A stretch of 64,000 nucleotides of DNA from positions 30,628,001-30,692,000 of the forward strand of contig OX597825.1 in assembly GCA_951406725.2 (NCBI GenBank), in the 5' to 3' direction. The position numbers and the translations under genes are program-made. Under the pieces are notes generated by a model that worked only from the letters and a program-made list of their open reading frames with translations, did no database searches and was not told the DNA's origin. Positions 26,392 to 40,694 of this stretch are shown one piece after another (position 1 is the first letter of the stretch; each line of letters starts with the position of its first letter). This DNA is from Octopus vulgaris. Lineage: Eukaryota.

Positions 26392-27096
26392 TGTGTGTAT
26401 GTGTGTGTGTGTGTGAGTGTGTGTGTTTGTGTGTGATGTTAAGTGTTAGTGAAGTCAGGATATTGGTCAGTGTGTTCTGATTCATAGCAGCCAAGCAAGT
26501 AATTTGACTACAGCTCACTTGACATTTTCTTCACAAATCCCGCTCAACCATTCTGCCTCTTATCTCCCTTTGCTTCCATTCATCTCTAAATAATAAATTC
26601 TTTTGTTTGTTTCTCCTTCTTCCATTGGCCATTCTCCATCACTCCAGAAGCACATGCGAACTGATTTCAAATGCACTTACCTCTATGCTATTTCACTTGC
26701 TCAGACTTAACCACATTTTGGAATATCTGAAATTTTATGAGCTTGAAGAGAAGGGGAAAGCAGAAGAGCAGATACAGCAGAATATGTATGAAAAATAAAT
26801 AAGAGTGGTAAAACAATAATTAATAAATATAAATTCAAATACCATCAGAAAGTTCATTCCAAAGCTCAAAGAAATCAAACAACTTTTTATTACAAACTAT
26901 TTGCAGAGAAGAAAAAGCTAAAACTGTCAAGAAAATATTTACAATAATTCTAATTGTCTTCTTTTTTTTAAAATCATATTCTAGATTAATTATAATTACT
27001 GCCATTGATTATTAAATTTGGTTCACACCATTTTGATATACTTAGAAATATCAAGGTCTTAATTAAAGGCATTAAGATATATCTATATACATTCCT

Positions 27097-27353
27097 GTGG
27101 AGGCACGTGGTTTAGTGGTTAGGGTGTCAGCATTATGATCGTAAGATTGTGGGTTCGATTCCTGGACCAAGCGACGCATTGTGCTCTTGAGCAAAACACT
27201 TCATTTCACATTGCTCCAGTCCACTCAGCTGGCGAAAATAAGTAACGCTGCGATGGACTGGTGGCCTGCCAGCTGGGGAACACATACGCTATTGAAACTG
27301 GGAAACTGGGCCCATGAGCCTGGCTAGGTTTTAAAAAAGCACATTTATTTTAT
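27097..27353 (+). mobile_element. SINE family C, tail type 3, with 13-bp TSD
   Basis: A box TGGTTTAGTGG, B box GGGTTCGATTCC; TSD TATATACATTCCT (27084-27096, 27354-27366). Confidence 0.9.
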
Positions 27354-28629
27354 TATATACATTCCTTTTATTTTGAAATATCTTACACACTAAACTGAAG
27401 GCTTCATGTTGTTGCTTAACTGTTTTATCTCATACAGTTGGATTGAGTCATTTGACATTTGAGAATTAAGTGTTTTCTCAGTGATAGGATATGAACCTGG
27501 GAACACTTGGTTCATTGACAGGTACCCTATTGACTTCAGTTCTGAATATCATGCATACAGCTCTCAAGGCTTGGTCTTCAACAATGAAAGATATATTGTT
27601 CCATATATCAACCAGAACCAAATGGAATTGCATTTCCATGAGTATGGGAAGATCTGTGTGATTTTTGAAATGCAGAGATATGTTTATGTTTTTTTTCTTG
27701 TTGTTTGATAAGACAAAGAACTGAGTAGAAACACAACTTTGTTATATATCTTTTCAAGAATCCCTTTTCTCCAAGTGACAATTCATATTGAGGTCCTTGG
27801 AGACGATGCTAAGAGAAAGAATTGTTGGTTATGTTTTATCATTCAAATTTATTTCCTCATGGGCATCAATTAGCTCTGGAATATAGTAGAAGACAGAAAA
27901 TGAAGAAACCAGTTGCATCACACATATATATATGAATGTATACATGAGAGCATATGTGCACATGTATGTGTATGCATCGATGGTGTGCATGAGTGTGTGT
28001 TCGTTTGTGCTTAGGGTTATTGTTGTTCCTTCTGTCTATAACTTATCTATTCACCTCATGCATTTGAAGACATGAAATAAATCTCTTATTTGAAAAACAG
28101 ATGAGGGTTAGTGACAGGGAAGGCATAGAGCTGTAAAACAAGGCATCAATAACATAGTCCTTTATTGCTTGCACATAGAGGGAAATGGAAGTAAAATAAG
28201 TGGAATTTGTTTGTCAAAATATATTATGTGCACATTCTTGCTGCGTACATTTTTCATATCATTCTAATTTCCCAAAATATTTTTACTCTTTACCATCAGA
28301 ATATCCTTCTTTTTCATAAAACATGTTCATTCTGCAGTAGAATTAAACTAATTTATCTTTCAAATTTCCTGTCCATAAAAATGTGTTTGTTTTAATTTTT
28401 GTCTTAGTGGGCACTTCAAGAAACCATGTTGTTAATTTATGGGTGAAAGAATTTCTTTTTTTTTTCACAATAAAATACTTCTGAACATGAAAAATAGTGA
28501 CAAGACATAGTAGGTTACATAGTAGGTCGACAAAAGTAAACTATTTTTCCATGAAATTCCACTTAGTAAAAATACACACTAAAAAAAAATTGAACTGAAG
28601 ACAAAGGCTTTTAATGATAATAGTTATAA

Positions 28630-29137
28630 TACTTTCTACTATAAGTACAAGGCTTGAAATTTTGAGGGAGGGGGCCATTTGATTCCAGTGCATAACTGGT
28701 ACTTATTTCATTCATCCTGAAAGGATAAGAGGCCAAGTTGACTTTGGCAGGAATTTGAACTCAGAACATAAGGACTGAGAAAATGCTGCTAAACATGTTG
28801 TCCGGCATGCTAACGATTCTGCCAACTCACCACCCTAATAGAAATAATAATAATAATAATGATAATAATAATAATCCTTTCTACTACAGGCACAAGACCT
28901 GAAATTTGTGAGGAGGGGTAAGTCGATTACATCGACTCCCACTGCAAACTGATACATATTTATTCAACCCTGAAAGGATGAAAGGCAAAGTTGACCTGGG
29001 CAGAATTTGAACTCAGAACATAGCGACAGGCAAAACACCGCTAAGCATTTCGTCAAGCATTCTAACGACTCTGCCAGCTCACCGCCTTAATGATAATGAT
29101 GATGATAATAATGATGATGATGATGATGATGATGATG

Positions 29138-29174
<37 letters not shown>

Positions 29175-29600
29175 TTGAAAAGAGTGTTGTTGCTGTGAGA
29201 ACAATAACCTTCACATATCTTCTTTATTTGACATAAATTTATTTGATTTTGTTAATGAACAATCTGATGTGTTTATTTTAATAGCCTATCAATGTATACA
29301 ATGAGTTTCTTTTCCCTAGGTGTCGGGAAGACACTTGGCAAGAAATGGAAACAAAATTGAAGAAGAAAAACTCATAATAATAGTAATAATCCTTTTTACT
29401 ATTGGTACAAAACCTGGAATTTGTGGGGATTAGTTGACTACATCATCCCCAGTTCTTGACTGGTATTTGTTTCGTCGACCCTGAAGCAATAAAAGGCAAA
29501 GTGAACATCAGGGAAATTTGAACTCAGAATGTGAAGACAGATGTAATGCCACTAAGCATTTCACCCAGCATGCTAATGATTCTACCACTTTCTGCCTTAT
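28630..29600 (-). mobile_element. Three co-oriented SINE-B copies (~28630-28838, 28875-29090, 29390-29598) in (AAT)n tracts
   Basis: Each has TTTCTACTA...GAAATTT...AATTTGAACTCAGAA...GCATT...CTGCC; separated by (AAT)n/(GAT)n. Confidence 0.85.
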
Positions 29601-29661
29601 ACTACTACTACCACTACTACTACTACTACAACTAATAATAATAATAATAATAATAATGATG

Positions 29662-29692
<31 letters not shown>

Positions 29693-30730
29693 GAAGAAGA
29701 CAAGAAGAAGAAGAAGAAGAAGAAGAATGATAATGATGATGATGGTGACAATGATGAAGATGATGATGATAGTGTGGTGGTGGTGGTGGTGGTGGTGGCG
29801 GTGGTTGTGGTGGTCGTGGTGGTGGTCGTGGTGATGGTGGCCATGGTGGTGGTGATGATGATGATGAGGAGGAGGATGATGGCGGAGGTGGTAGTGGTGG
29901 TGGTGGTGGTGGCGGTGGTGGTGATGTGTTGTTGCAGAGACATACAACTGTGGACGAAAGCATCTCATTGGTTTTGTTAATTGTTAAATTCTACATCTCA
30001 TAATATAAATTTTCCTTAACTGATTAATTAAATTTGTTACTAAATGATTTCCTATTTATTAAAAATAATAAAAACAATAATAATAATAATAACAATAACA
30101 ATCCTCCATGAATTGGAAAAAATAATTTTCTTCTAGACCATGCAACTGCAGAAAACCAAGAATGTTCTTGATGGCGGTGGCAGTGGTGGTGGTGGTGGTG
30201 GTTGTGTTGGTGGTGGTGCTGGCAGTGGTGGTGGCAGTGGTGGTGGTGGTAGCATTGTTTACTGTACTGACAATAATAGCTGTAGTAACAAAAAACAAGG
30301 AAGATGGTGATAAAAACATCATTAGTGATGATGTTGAGGTTAGTTTCATACACAATGATTGCACAGCATAGTTGAAGGATCTCCATCGGTTTCAACGATG
30401 AATATTTGTTTTTTCTTTTTAATACAACTAATCTACTTGTCCACTAAACTAGTCTGTAAGAAGCTGAGTAGACATGTAGACATGTGAACCATTAACATAA
30501 TCCTCAGACAGAATCAGTGTGACATGGCAGAGCACAAGGCCAGATTTTTTCCATTAAATCTAGGGACACTGAGCAGCTTTTGTCTACCCTAGTTTTATTC
30601 ATAAGGGTTGGGTTGATCCAAGGTTACTGTAAACAACACTTGCCCATGATTGAGGTTGTTTATACCATGGGATTGAACTCATAGTGATTGCATTGGTAGC
30701 TTCCAGAAGGGATGATAGTGTTAGTGATGG

Positions 30731-30784
<54 letters not shown>

Positions 30785-30960
30785 GAAGGAGGAGGATGAC
30801 AATGACGATGAAGATGACAATGATGATGATGATGGTGATGATGATGATGATGATGACGATATACATAGTTTCCATGGTGATGATGATGACGATATGCATA
30901 GTTTCTATGGTGATGATGATGACGATATGCATAGTTTCCATGGTGATGATGATGGTTAAA
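29600..30960. repeat. Compound trinucleotide microsatellite region (CTA, AAT, GAA, GAT, GGT) with three ~27-bp units at ~30855-30950
   Basis: Directly visible; GACGATAT(A/G)CATAGTTTC(C/T)ATGGTGATGATGAT repeated three times. Confidence 0.9.
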
Positions 30961-31319
30961 ATGCTGTTGATTATGGTCATAGTAATTACTATGATGTTGG
31001 TATGGCGGTGGAGATAGTGATGGTGATGGCAACAATGATGGTGAAAGACAAATATTTCCTATTTTACTTCAAATTGAAGAATCTGATTATGCTTGATAGG
31101 ATATTAAATCTTAATATTCCTTTGATTAAAAAAAAAAACTAGTTAATTTTATTTTATTTTAGTATGAGAAATGCTAGTAAATTTGGATAATTTCATTAGC
31201 AGTCATGAATTCAATGAGTCTGTAATCCTTTAAATTGGTTTTCGTTTTTAACTATTTTATATTACTTGAAACTATAATAAATCATTGATGACCGTAATGT
31301 TCCAAAAAACTACATATAT

Positions 31320-31379
<60 letters not shown>

Positions 31380-31608
31380 TGCTCGTTTATATTTAAAAAT
31401 AGATATTAAATCAAGCATCATTTAATTAGATGTATTACATGTAGTGGTTAAATTAATCAAATAAATGGAAAAAAAATTGCTATATTGGTGTAGTCATGGC
31501 TTTGGGGTAAGAAGCTTGCACATCATGTAATAGAAGAAGTCTGCACTTGAAATATCACCATGTGTAATGTCTGTCCAAATTTCAGGCCTTGTGCCTATAG
31601 TAGAAAGG

Positions 31609-31700
<92 letters not shown>

Positions 31701-31844
31701 CATTATTATTAGGGCGATGAACTGGCAGAATCGGTAGCATGCTGGGTGAAATGCTTAGCATTATTTTGTTCGTTTTCACGTTCTGAATTCAAATCCCGCT
31801 GAGGTTGACTTTGCCTTTCATCCTTTTGGAGTAGATGAAATAAG

Positions 31845-32685
31845 AAGAATATAACAGCATATATTTGAGCAAAGAAGAATACGACATATATTTGGGCATA
31901 GAAGAAAACAATATCATATATTTGAGTACAGAAGAATGCAATATATATTTGAGCATAGAAGAACACAACAACACATATTTTGGCATAGAAGAATGCATTA
32001 TCATATATTTGAGCATAGAAGAATGCAATATCATATATTTGGGCATAGAAGAATGCAGTATCATATATTTGGGAATAGAAGAATACAATATCATATATTT
32101 GAGCATAGAAAAATGCAATATCATATATTTGGGCATAGAAGAATGTAATATCATATTTGGGCATAGAAAAATACAATATCATATATTTGGGCATAGAAGA
32201 ATGCAATATCATATATTTGGACTTAGAAGAATACAATATCATATACTTGGGCATAGTAGAATGCAATATCATATATTTGGACATAGAAGAATGCAATATC
32301 ATATATTTGGACATAGAAAAATACAATATCATATATTTGGGCATAGAAGAATGCAATATCATATATTTGGACTTAGAAGAATACAATATCATATACTTGG
32401 GCATAGAAGAATGCAATATCATATATTTTGGCATAGAAGAATATAATATCATATATTTGGGCATAGAAGAATGCAATATCATATACTTGGGCATAGAAGA
32501 ATACAATATCATATACTTGGGCATAGAAGAATGCAATATCATATATTTGGGCATAGAAGAAAACTATATCATATATTTGGACATAGAAGAATGCAATATC
32601 ATATATTTGAGCATAGAAGAATACAATATCATATATTTGGGCATAGAAGAATGTAATATCATATATTTGGGCATAGAAGATTATA
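31845..32685. repeat. 30-bp minisatellite, ~28 units, consensus GGGCATAGAAGAATGCAATATCATATATTT
   Basis: Directly visible; one 28-bp unit near 32131-32160; preceded by a truncated SINE-B (31711-31840). Confidence 0.97.
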
Positions 32686-33690
32686 CATTGCATTTGCATC
32701 ATAGAGGCATTGGTGACAAAGTCAAGGAAGATAGAACACGATTGACACATTTGTTGAAAAGTTCAATAAATTCCCATAAGTAATACTGAAGAAAGCTGCA
32801 AAAGTTTATACCAAACTTATAGATGGACTGTATCACAAAAAAACTATATTATTTTTATATAAAGACATTGAAAGATATAGTTTGATGGTCTTGTGCTGGA
32901 AGAATTGTCAGAGCCTCAGAAGAAAATGCTTTGTGGAATTTTTCTGACTCTTTGCCTACTGAATTGAAATCCTTCTGATACCAAATCTACTTCTTGTCTT
33001 ACCAGAGTTGATTCAACAAAGTACCATTCATGTACTTAGATGAAATTAATTAGCTATTCCCCTCCCCTCAAAAGTGTTAACCTAAAACTGTCGACCCTAA
33101 ATTAGAAAACCATTATCTAATAACAGAAAGTATATATTTTTCTCTGAGATAATTTTGCTTTAGATTATTATAATTTGCTTTCAGAAAGTTTTAATTTGCT
33201 CTCAGAATATTTTAATTTGTACATGAACAGGTTTAGAGTTAATTCAGTTACCAGGAGTGCAACATATTAACAATGACAGATGTTGAATCCTGTCCTACAG
33301 AATTTGTATAAAATACTCCGAAACTATAAAATTCCAGACTATGGATAAGTAATAGTGTATATTATTATCTCTCATTGGTCCAAGTTAAAATCTAAGAGAC
33401 ATTTTTACATGCTTTTACTTTCTAAATTTGTTGACAACAAAGAAAAGTTATGCAAGTAACATAATGCATCAATTTAATTAATTATAACCATTCTTCATAA
33501 AAATTAGTTCTGAAATAGAGTATTTCCATTACTTAGAGCTGCAAATTCCATCAGACCTCCATTGGAATTTATTTACTGCTAATTGTTTTTGCCCATTTGA
33601 GAGTTAAGTGTCTTGCAAACGACACTGACATAATTCAGACAGTCAACCTTCTGCTAATAATTTGATATCTAATCAACAATGTCTATGGTG

Positions 33691-33778
<88 letters not shown>

Positions 33779-33842
33779 GCAACACATGCATACATGTGTA
33801 TATATATATATATATATACACATACATTTATATAGTCAACTT

Positions 33843-34258
33843 TTTTACTCTTTTGTTCTTGTTTCAGTCATTTGACTGTGGCCATGCTAGAGCACCGCCT
33901 TTTAGTCGAGCAAATCGACCCCAGGACTTATTCTTTGTAGGCCTAGTACTTATTCTATCGGTCTCTTTTACTGAACTCCTAAGTTACGGGAACGTAAACA
34001 CACCAACATTAGTTGTCAAGTGATGTTGGGGGGAACAAACACAGACACACAAACAAACATATACACACACATACATATATATATATACATATATACGACA
34101 GGCTTCTTTCAGTTTCCATCTACTAAATCCACTCACAAGGCTTTGGTCGGCCTGAGGCTATAGTAGAAGACACTTGCTCAAGGTGCCATGCAGTGGGACT
34201 GAACCCAGAACCATGTGGTTGGTAAGCAAGCTACTTACCACACAGCCACACCTACACC
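33843..34258 (-). mobile_element. SINE family A, full length
   Basis: Reverse complement of the family A copies. Confidence 0.92.
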
Positions 34259-35276
34259 TATATATATATATATATATATTCATATACATACATGTATGTA
34301 TGCATATATGTATGTAAAAATACGTATGTTAAAATTTACAACCAAGAATTAAAAGAACTCAGTACAGAAGTTCAAGTATAACTATGTATTGCTGTAGTAT
34401 ATAACTTTCTTTTCCTTTATTGAGTTTTGTGAGTATCCAGTGTGATTTCCCAACTGAAGACTCTCTTCACTCATATCGTCAGAGCACTACATGAACAGAA
34501 TCTCAGGTCTTCAATAAATAATACAAATAATATAAACATTTGTAGCTATCTCTCTGTGTCTCCCTCTCCATCTTTCTACTATTGTGTGTGTGTGTCTATA
34601 CACATATATTTTAAGTAAAAAGTTTCTTATTCTTTACTTTACTTGAAATAATAGTTTCTTCTCTACTTTTACAGGTGTAATAACTTGTCCTGTACTTTTC
34701 CAGGCTTATAATCTTAAGAATATTACTTTTCATGCTTGCAGATTTCCATGGAATCCATGATTTTTCCAAGCATTGCTGTTATATGATAATTAACAATGTG
34801 TCAATTGATAATTTAAGATTTTACCTTATAAAATACTGGGTAGGAGGATACATTGGCTGCTATTTTTAGCGTGTCGAGCGACCAGGTAGAGGCTCTTTCA
34901 TTGCTTTGATTGTGTGATGAGATTTTTTTACACATATATGAATATGTATATATATTATTGGTGGAAGTTACGGAGTAAGTCAAAAGCTGAGAGTTTCATG
35001 TATTGGCACTTATCAAACACGAATTTGTCCATTGTCACTCTGTAACTTGTAACGAAATAACTTCTAAAATACAAAATTTTGTTGTATGTGACACATTGTA
35101 CCAGTATCCAAAGTTTCAACATGTTTAGTTAAAAAAAAATTAATTAATAATACCTATCTTGAGAAATTAGGCTTCTCAAAACAGAAAGGAGAAAGCTAAT
35201 TCAAAGACTAAAGATCCAATCCATCACTGGAATTGTAAAAATCTGTAAAACTTTCCAGAAGTTTATCATTTAAATA

Positions 35277-36526
35277 TTGGATGGTCTGGAAAGTTCATGC
35301 CAATTCATAGTAGCTTACCTTTTGACTTATTTTAGAACATGGATGAGTCCATAAAATAGGATTTGACTACACCTCCATTTAGAGCACAGTTTGAGCTATC
35401 TTTTCATGGAAGAAGGTTTATGTTCCTATAACCTGTGTTGATTCAGTAACCCTTTAAAATGGAAGATAAGAAAGTTCATTTTTGGCACTTGATACATTTC
35501 TTTTTCCATAAAGGGAAAAATGCCTCACAAGCAACCAACGAAATATGCGCAGTTTATGGTGATGTTTCTTTATCCAAAAGAACTGTATGGAAGTGGTTCG
35601 CATGGTTCCGAGCTGGAGATTGTATCCTTATTGATAAAGAGTGATCAGGCAGACCATCCACTACAGATGATGACCAAATCAAGTCATTAATTGAGAATAA
35701 CCCACATTGCACAACCCGTTGTTCATGAGCACCTGGTAAAGTTTGGATACACAAATCACTATGATGTTTGGGTTCCACATGAGTTGAGTGAGAAGAACCT
35801 TTTGGATCACATTTCCATCTGCGATTCGCTTTATAAACAGAATGAAAATGTGCCTTTTTTAAAGCAAATTGTGACAGGTGATGAGAAATGGATTATCTAC
35901 CGAAATGTTCAGAGAAAGCAATACTGGAGTAAGTGACATGAGCCACCCTTAGCCACCCCAATAGCGAGTTTTCACCCTAAAAAAGTCTTGCTTTGTGTCT
36001 GATGAGATTGGAAAGAAATTCTGTACTATGAGCTTCTCCCAAGTAACCAGAGAATTAATTCTGAGAAATACTGCACACAACTGGATGAGTTAAAGCAGAA
36101 ATTCAAGAGAAATGTCCAGAATTAGCCAACAGATAAGGGTGTTGTTTCCCAATATGATAATGCAAGACTGCACGTTTCTTTGGGAACTAGACAAAAATTA
36201 CTGCAGCTCAGCTGGAATGTGTTACCCCGCCCTCCATATTCACTAGATATTGCTCCTTCGGATTTCCACTTATTCAGGTCTCTGCAGAATAGTCTTAATG
36301 GTAAAAATTTCAATTCCTTGGATGACATAAAAAGATACCTTGATGAATTTTTTTGCCATGAAACCACCTCAATTCTGTGAAGAGGGTATTTTCAAGTTAA
36401 AGGAAAGATGGAGACGCATTGTGCAACAAAATGGTTCATATTTGGTTGATTAAAAATGTAATGGCAAGTATTTATTGACCTTTTTCTTTCCTTTAAAAAT
36501 CGGCATAAACTTTCCAGACAACCCAA
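35277..36526 (+). mobile_element. Full-length mariner transposon (mellifera-like), non-autonomous
   Basis: TA flanks; TIRs TTGGATGGTCTGGAAAGTTCATGCC / GGCATAAACTTTCCAGACAACCCAA; ~1250 bp. Confidence 0.95.
35459..36453 (+). pseudogene. Mariner DD34D transposase pseudogene
   Basis: MEDKKVHF...EICAVYG, WVPHEL, IVTGDEKW, DNAR, PYSLDIAPSDFHLFRSLQNSL; several stops and frameshifts. Confidence 0.95.
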
Positions 36527-36888
36527 TATATATGAGCATGTCTAGATATGCAACTATATGTATGATAATACATACATAAAACATACAAATCTGCACATAC
36601 ATACATACATACATACATACATACTTACAAACAAAAATATTTTGTTGTTGATGTGGAAATTCCAATGAAGGAGCCTTGGATCTAGGTTAGAAATCAGTTC
36701 TTTCTCTATTGGCAAGAAATCTTAAAATAAACTGAATAATGACATACAAACATACATACATACATACATACAAAAATACATACATACATACATACATACA
36801 TGCATACATACATACATACACACACACATATACACATACATACATACTAACATACATACATACATACATACATACATACATACATACA

Positions 36889-36919
<31 letters not shown>

Positions 36920-37034
36920 CACCGTGATCACTGTGACCGACCAGACCATCAGATGTTGCTACATATCGCTGGTCACAATGTTTTAGCCTTGGAATGATGC
37001 CACCCTACTGGCTAAGCGAGCAGGTCAACATACA

Positions 37035-37430
37035 TATATATCACTCGGCATTGCTCGGGTTTGTAAGGGAAATAACTATATAAGCATTTTTAGAGAGTTA
37101 TAGCCAAAAAATAGCAAAAAAATGCATTAAAAATGGAAAAAAAATGATGGTAAATTTTTTTTTAAATCGTTGACTCATCGTAGACATTTTTAGAGAGTTA
37201 CTTCCCTTATATAATAGCGAAAAAATGCATTAAAATGGTAAAAAATTATGGTAATTTTTTTTTTTAAATCGTAGACTCAGCGTAGACACGTGCTAATACC
37301 CAGAAGGGCTCGATATGAATCACGACTATAAGATACCCGGTTTTGGTTAAACTGCACTGCAAAATGTGGGAGTAGTTAGGAATCTAAATCGTAGGAGACA
37401 GACACACAACCTGTCTTTTATATATAAAGA
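37035..37430 (-). mobile_element. Non-autonomous Helitron-like element
   Basis: Minus strand starts A|TCTTTATATATAAAAG and ends near the hairpin CCCGAGCAATGCCGAG (terminal CTAG not seen); internal ~100-bp tandem duplication. Confidence 0.65.
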
Positions 37431-38460
37431 TATATAAAACTTTCATACATATGTACATGTATATATATACAAATATATATACATACATATATACAACTTA
37501 CATATATATACAACATACATACATATATACATACATACACACATGCATACATACACGTGCACACACATACATATGTATAATGTCTGTCAATGAAATAAAA
37601 TGAAGTGTACTTGATGTAAATATCTGACAGATTCAGTTCTGAACTACTTCATCAAAAATTCCTGCTAAACCTCTGGACTATGACCATAACAGTATTCTGA
37701 CAAAACCAATCTCTATACACAATTTCTTTGCATACCAGCTCCTCATGGGATAATAATTATAGCAGACCTTAAATAGATCTCCTGCAATAATGCCACTTTG
37801 CTAGAACAGAGTAATTTAGGAATAAGAATGAATAAAACACTTATAAAGTGCTAGAGCATCTGAAAATCAGAGAGTCTCTGGAGTATTTCTGTGGAAACAG
37901 AGTAATTTAGAATTCAATAAGTATCAAAAGACTGTTGAATGATGGAATTGATTTATGGAAGCAAAAGCATTAGAAATCACAGTTCTAAAGTTCAGTTCTA
38001 ATGGTTTGAACTCATAAATGTACAATTCAAGTAGTACTTCTTTCACAGTTCTGTAGTCTTGTACCAAAGTTTTAAAAAAAATGTCTATGATATTAAGTTA
38101 AAAGCATTGCTGTGGTAGACATGGTGAAGTGTCAAACTAAGCATCTTAAGGTGTTTAGATAAATCACATTACATTATGAATTCAAATGCTACATTTATCC
38201 CTCTGAGGTTGATAGAATTATTACTAATTAGCTATGCCAAAGCCATAGTAATTAACTATACACCTAATCTTCAAATGAAATATCATTATTATTACTAGAA
38301 TAATCATTCGGCAAGTCAGTAAAATGGCAGAGTTGTTAGAGGACCAGGCAGAATGCTTTTGCAGTTTTTGTTCCAGCTTCCTCTGCTCTAAGTTCTAATC
38401 CCACTGAGGTAAAATTTGCCTCTCGTCCTTTCAAAGCTGATTAAAAAAGGTGGATCAGTG

Positions 38461-38944
38461 CAGGGGTTGGCAGACTTCCTGTATCATTGAACCCCTTCAT
38501 GGAAGCAATGCTGGTAACTTATCAACCCTCATCCCATCCTAACGTAAATTTCTTAAATAAGATTAAAAAGTATAATTAATATAAAATTTTCTTGATTTAC
38601 AAACAATAATTCCTTCATTCTTTTGTATTATGAATAATTTTCAACAAGAAGCATTGAAATAAATCTAATAAAAATACTTAATGAAACAGATAAAGAACAA
38701 TAAAATTTCATTCACATCATATTATATTAATATAGTCAGAATATTTAATATGAAATATATGTTTAGCAAATATTGGTTATTGCTTCGATGTTTAGAGGAA
38801 ATTAACCTTAAATTCCATGCTTTTCTAAATCCAGTTAGCTGGTAATTCAGCACACTTAATGCTCACAACCATTTCAGGTGTTTATCGACCCCTTGGTTTT
38901 ATATAGACCCTTAGGATTGATATTAACCACGTTGTTGATCTCTG
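38461..38944. mobile_element. Old hAT-type MITE
   Basis: Ends CAGGGGTTGGCAGAC / GTTGTTGATCTCTG (decayed CAGGGGTCGGCAAC); 8-bp flanks GATCAGTG / GATAATTG (6/8). Confidence 0.6.
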
Positions 38945-40694
38945 GATAATTGTAATTCTTAGAGAATAAAGCAAGAACTATTTCAGTATTTATTCTGAGT
39001 TTATGCATTCTGAAACCCTGGTGCCATGCAAAGACTCTGGTGCCATGCTGTATGACCCCAAGTCAGCAGCTTTTTTTTAACCTTTGCATAAACATCAGTA
39101 GCACAAGGAAGGTAGAGTTGCTTGCTTGGGCCACTGTAACTCAACCTCTGGAACACAATCTTGCCCAGGCCTGTGCAGACATGTGCAAACACATGGTCAA
39201 CATGGACTTGATATGGATCCCTAAAAGTCATATTGCAAAAACTGTACAGCACTAGACTTAATGTAGTTCAGCTGTTGTTTCTCTACATCACAATCTTGAG
39301 GGCAGCAACTTCGCAGAATCATTAGAACGTTAGATAAACTGTAGGGGAGTATTGTTTCTATATCTCTGCATTATGAGTTCAAATCCTGCTGGAGTCACCT
39401 TTCATGTTTTTATTTATCAGGTTAGTAAATAAAGTACCGGTCAAGTAATGGGGCTTATTCTGTTCCCCTTTTCCATCTGTTTATCGTTTATTTTTTCATT
39501 TGTTTCAGTCATTGGTCTGTGGCCATGCTGGAGCAACACTTTGAATAATTAACCAAACAAATCCCTCTCAGCATTTATTATTCTAAGTCTGACACTTATT
39601 CTGTCGTTCTTTATTACTGAACTGCTAAGTTGGTCAGCCCAGGGCTATCACAGAAAACACTTGCTTACGGTGCTGCACAGTAGGATTGAAACCAAAACCA
39701 AATCGTCGGAAACAGAATCCGCTCTGTCTGTCAAATTGTGAGAATGGTCATGGGAGACCGTTTACAGTATCTCTGTATCCAGAAAACGGGAAGGGATTCA
39801 GCAAAGAGTTAATAATTGCTTCTTATTAAAAAAAATAAATAAAAACTGATATGCTAACAGAACCCAATATGCAATACAACACAGAACAGAAATTAAGAAG
39901 AAGACACCAAAACCTACAAGAGTCTGTATTTGCTAGTAATACATTAATACTGTTTCTGTTAACCACCTATTAATCAACGTAAAGATTGGTATTTTGCTTG
40001 GATAAAAAGGATCAATGTTTGGGGGTTTGTTGGAGGCTAGATTTAATAGAAGCAGGAGAGCTTTAAACTGAGTTATTTACAATATTTGGTCAATCCCTCT
40101 AAATTCTTCTGACTTCAAACCCTAACAAGAGGGATTGTTTTTCACTTCCCTTCCAAGATGATTAAAATGACTGCCAGCAATTTATTAAATTCATTGCAGC
40201 ACCCAGCTATTTCCCCCTCTCAGGCACACCTTAGAAAGCACTATTATTCTTATTATTACTGTCATTAGAGCATCAGAAGAAAGGGTTTGCAGCATTTATT
40301 CTGACTCTTTGCTTTCTGAGTTCAAACCCTACCAAGAACAAGCTTACCTTTTATTGTTTCCACAAATTTCAAGTTTTGTGTCTGTGTTAGAAACAACACT
40401 AGGAGATCGTCTGTGGAGATGTCATTATTGGAAATAAGCAGCTACTAGTTGTGGGTGGGTGGATTGTAATGAGTGGGGACTGGTAGAGGGAGGGGTACTA
40501 AGGGGATAAGTTGGGGGGAAGTGATTGAAAGGAACATATTGTGAGTACATGATGGAGAGTGGAGGGGAATACAGTAGTGGTAAGCATGGGTGGGTTCTGT
40601 CTACTATAGACATAAGTGTCCTCCTGACCTTACAGGGGCACAAAACAATACATGAGTTGAGTCAGTGTGCATTTACAGCAAGGTATACCGACTA

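Noticed and set aside
31845-32685. CRISPR array or repeat-protein gene
   Set aside because: Units are contiguous with no unique spacers, there are no cas genes, the context is eukaryotic, and a 28-bp unit breaks the frame
39001-39255. Overlapping short ORFs with a duplicated CTGGTGCCATGC
   Set aside because: No recognisable motif or splice signals; unsupported
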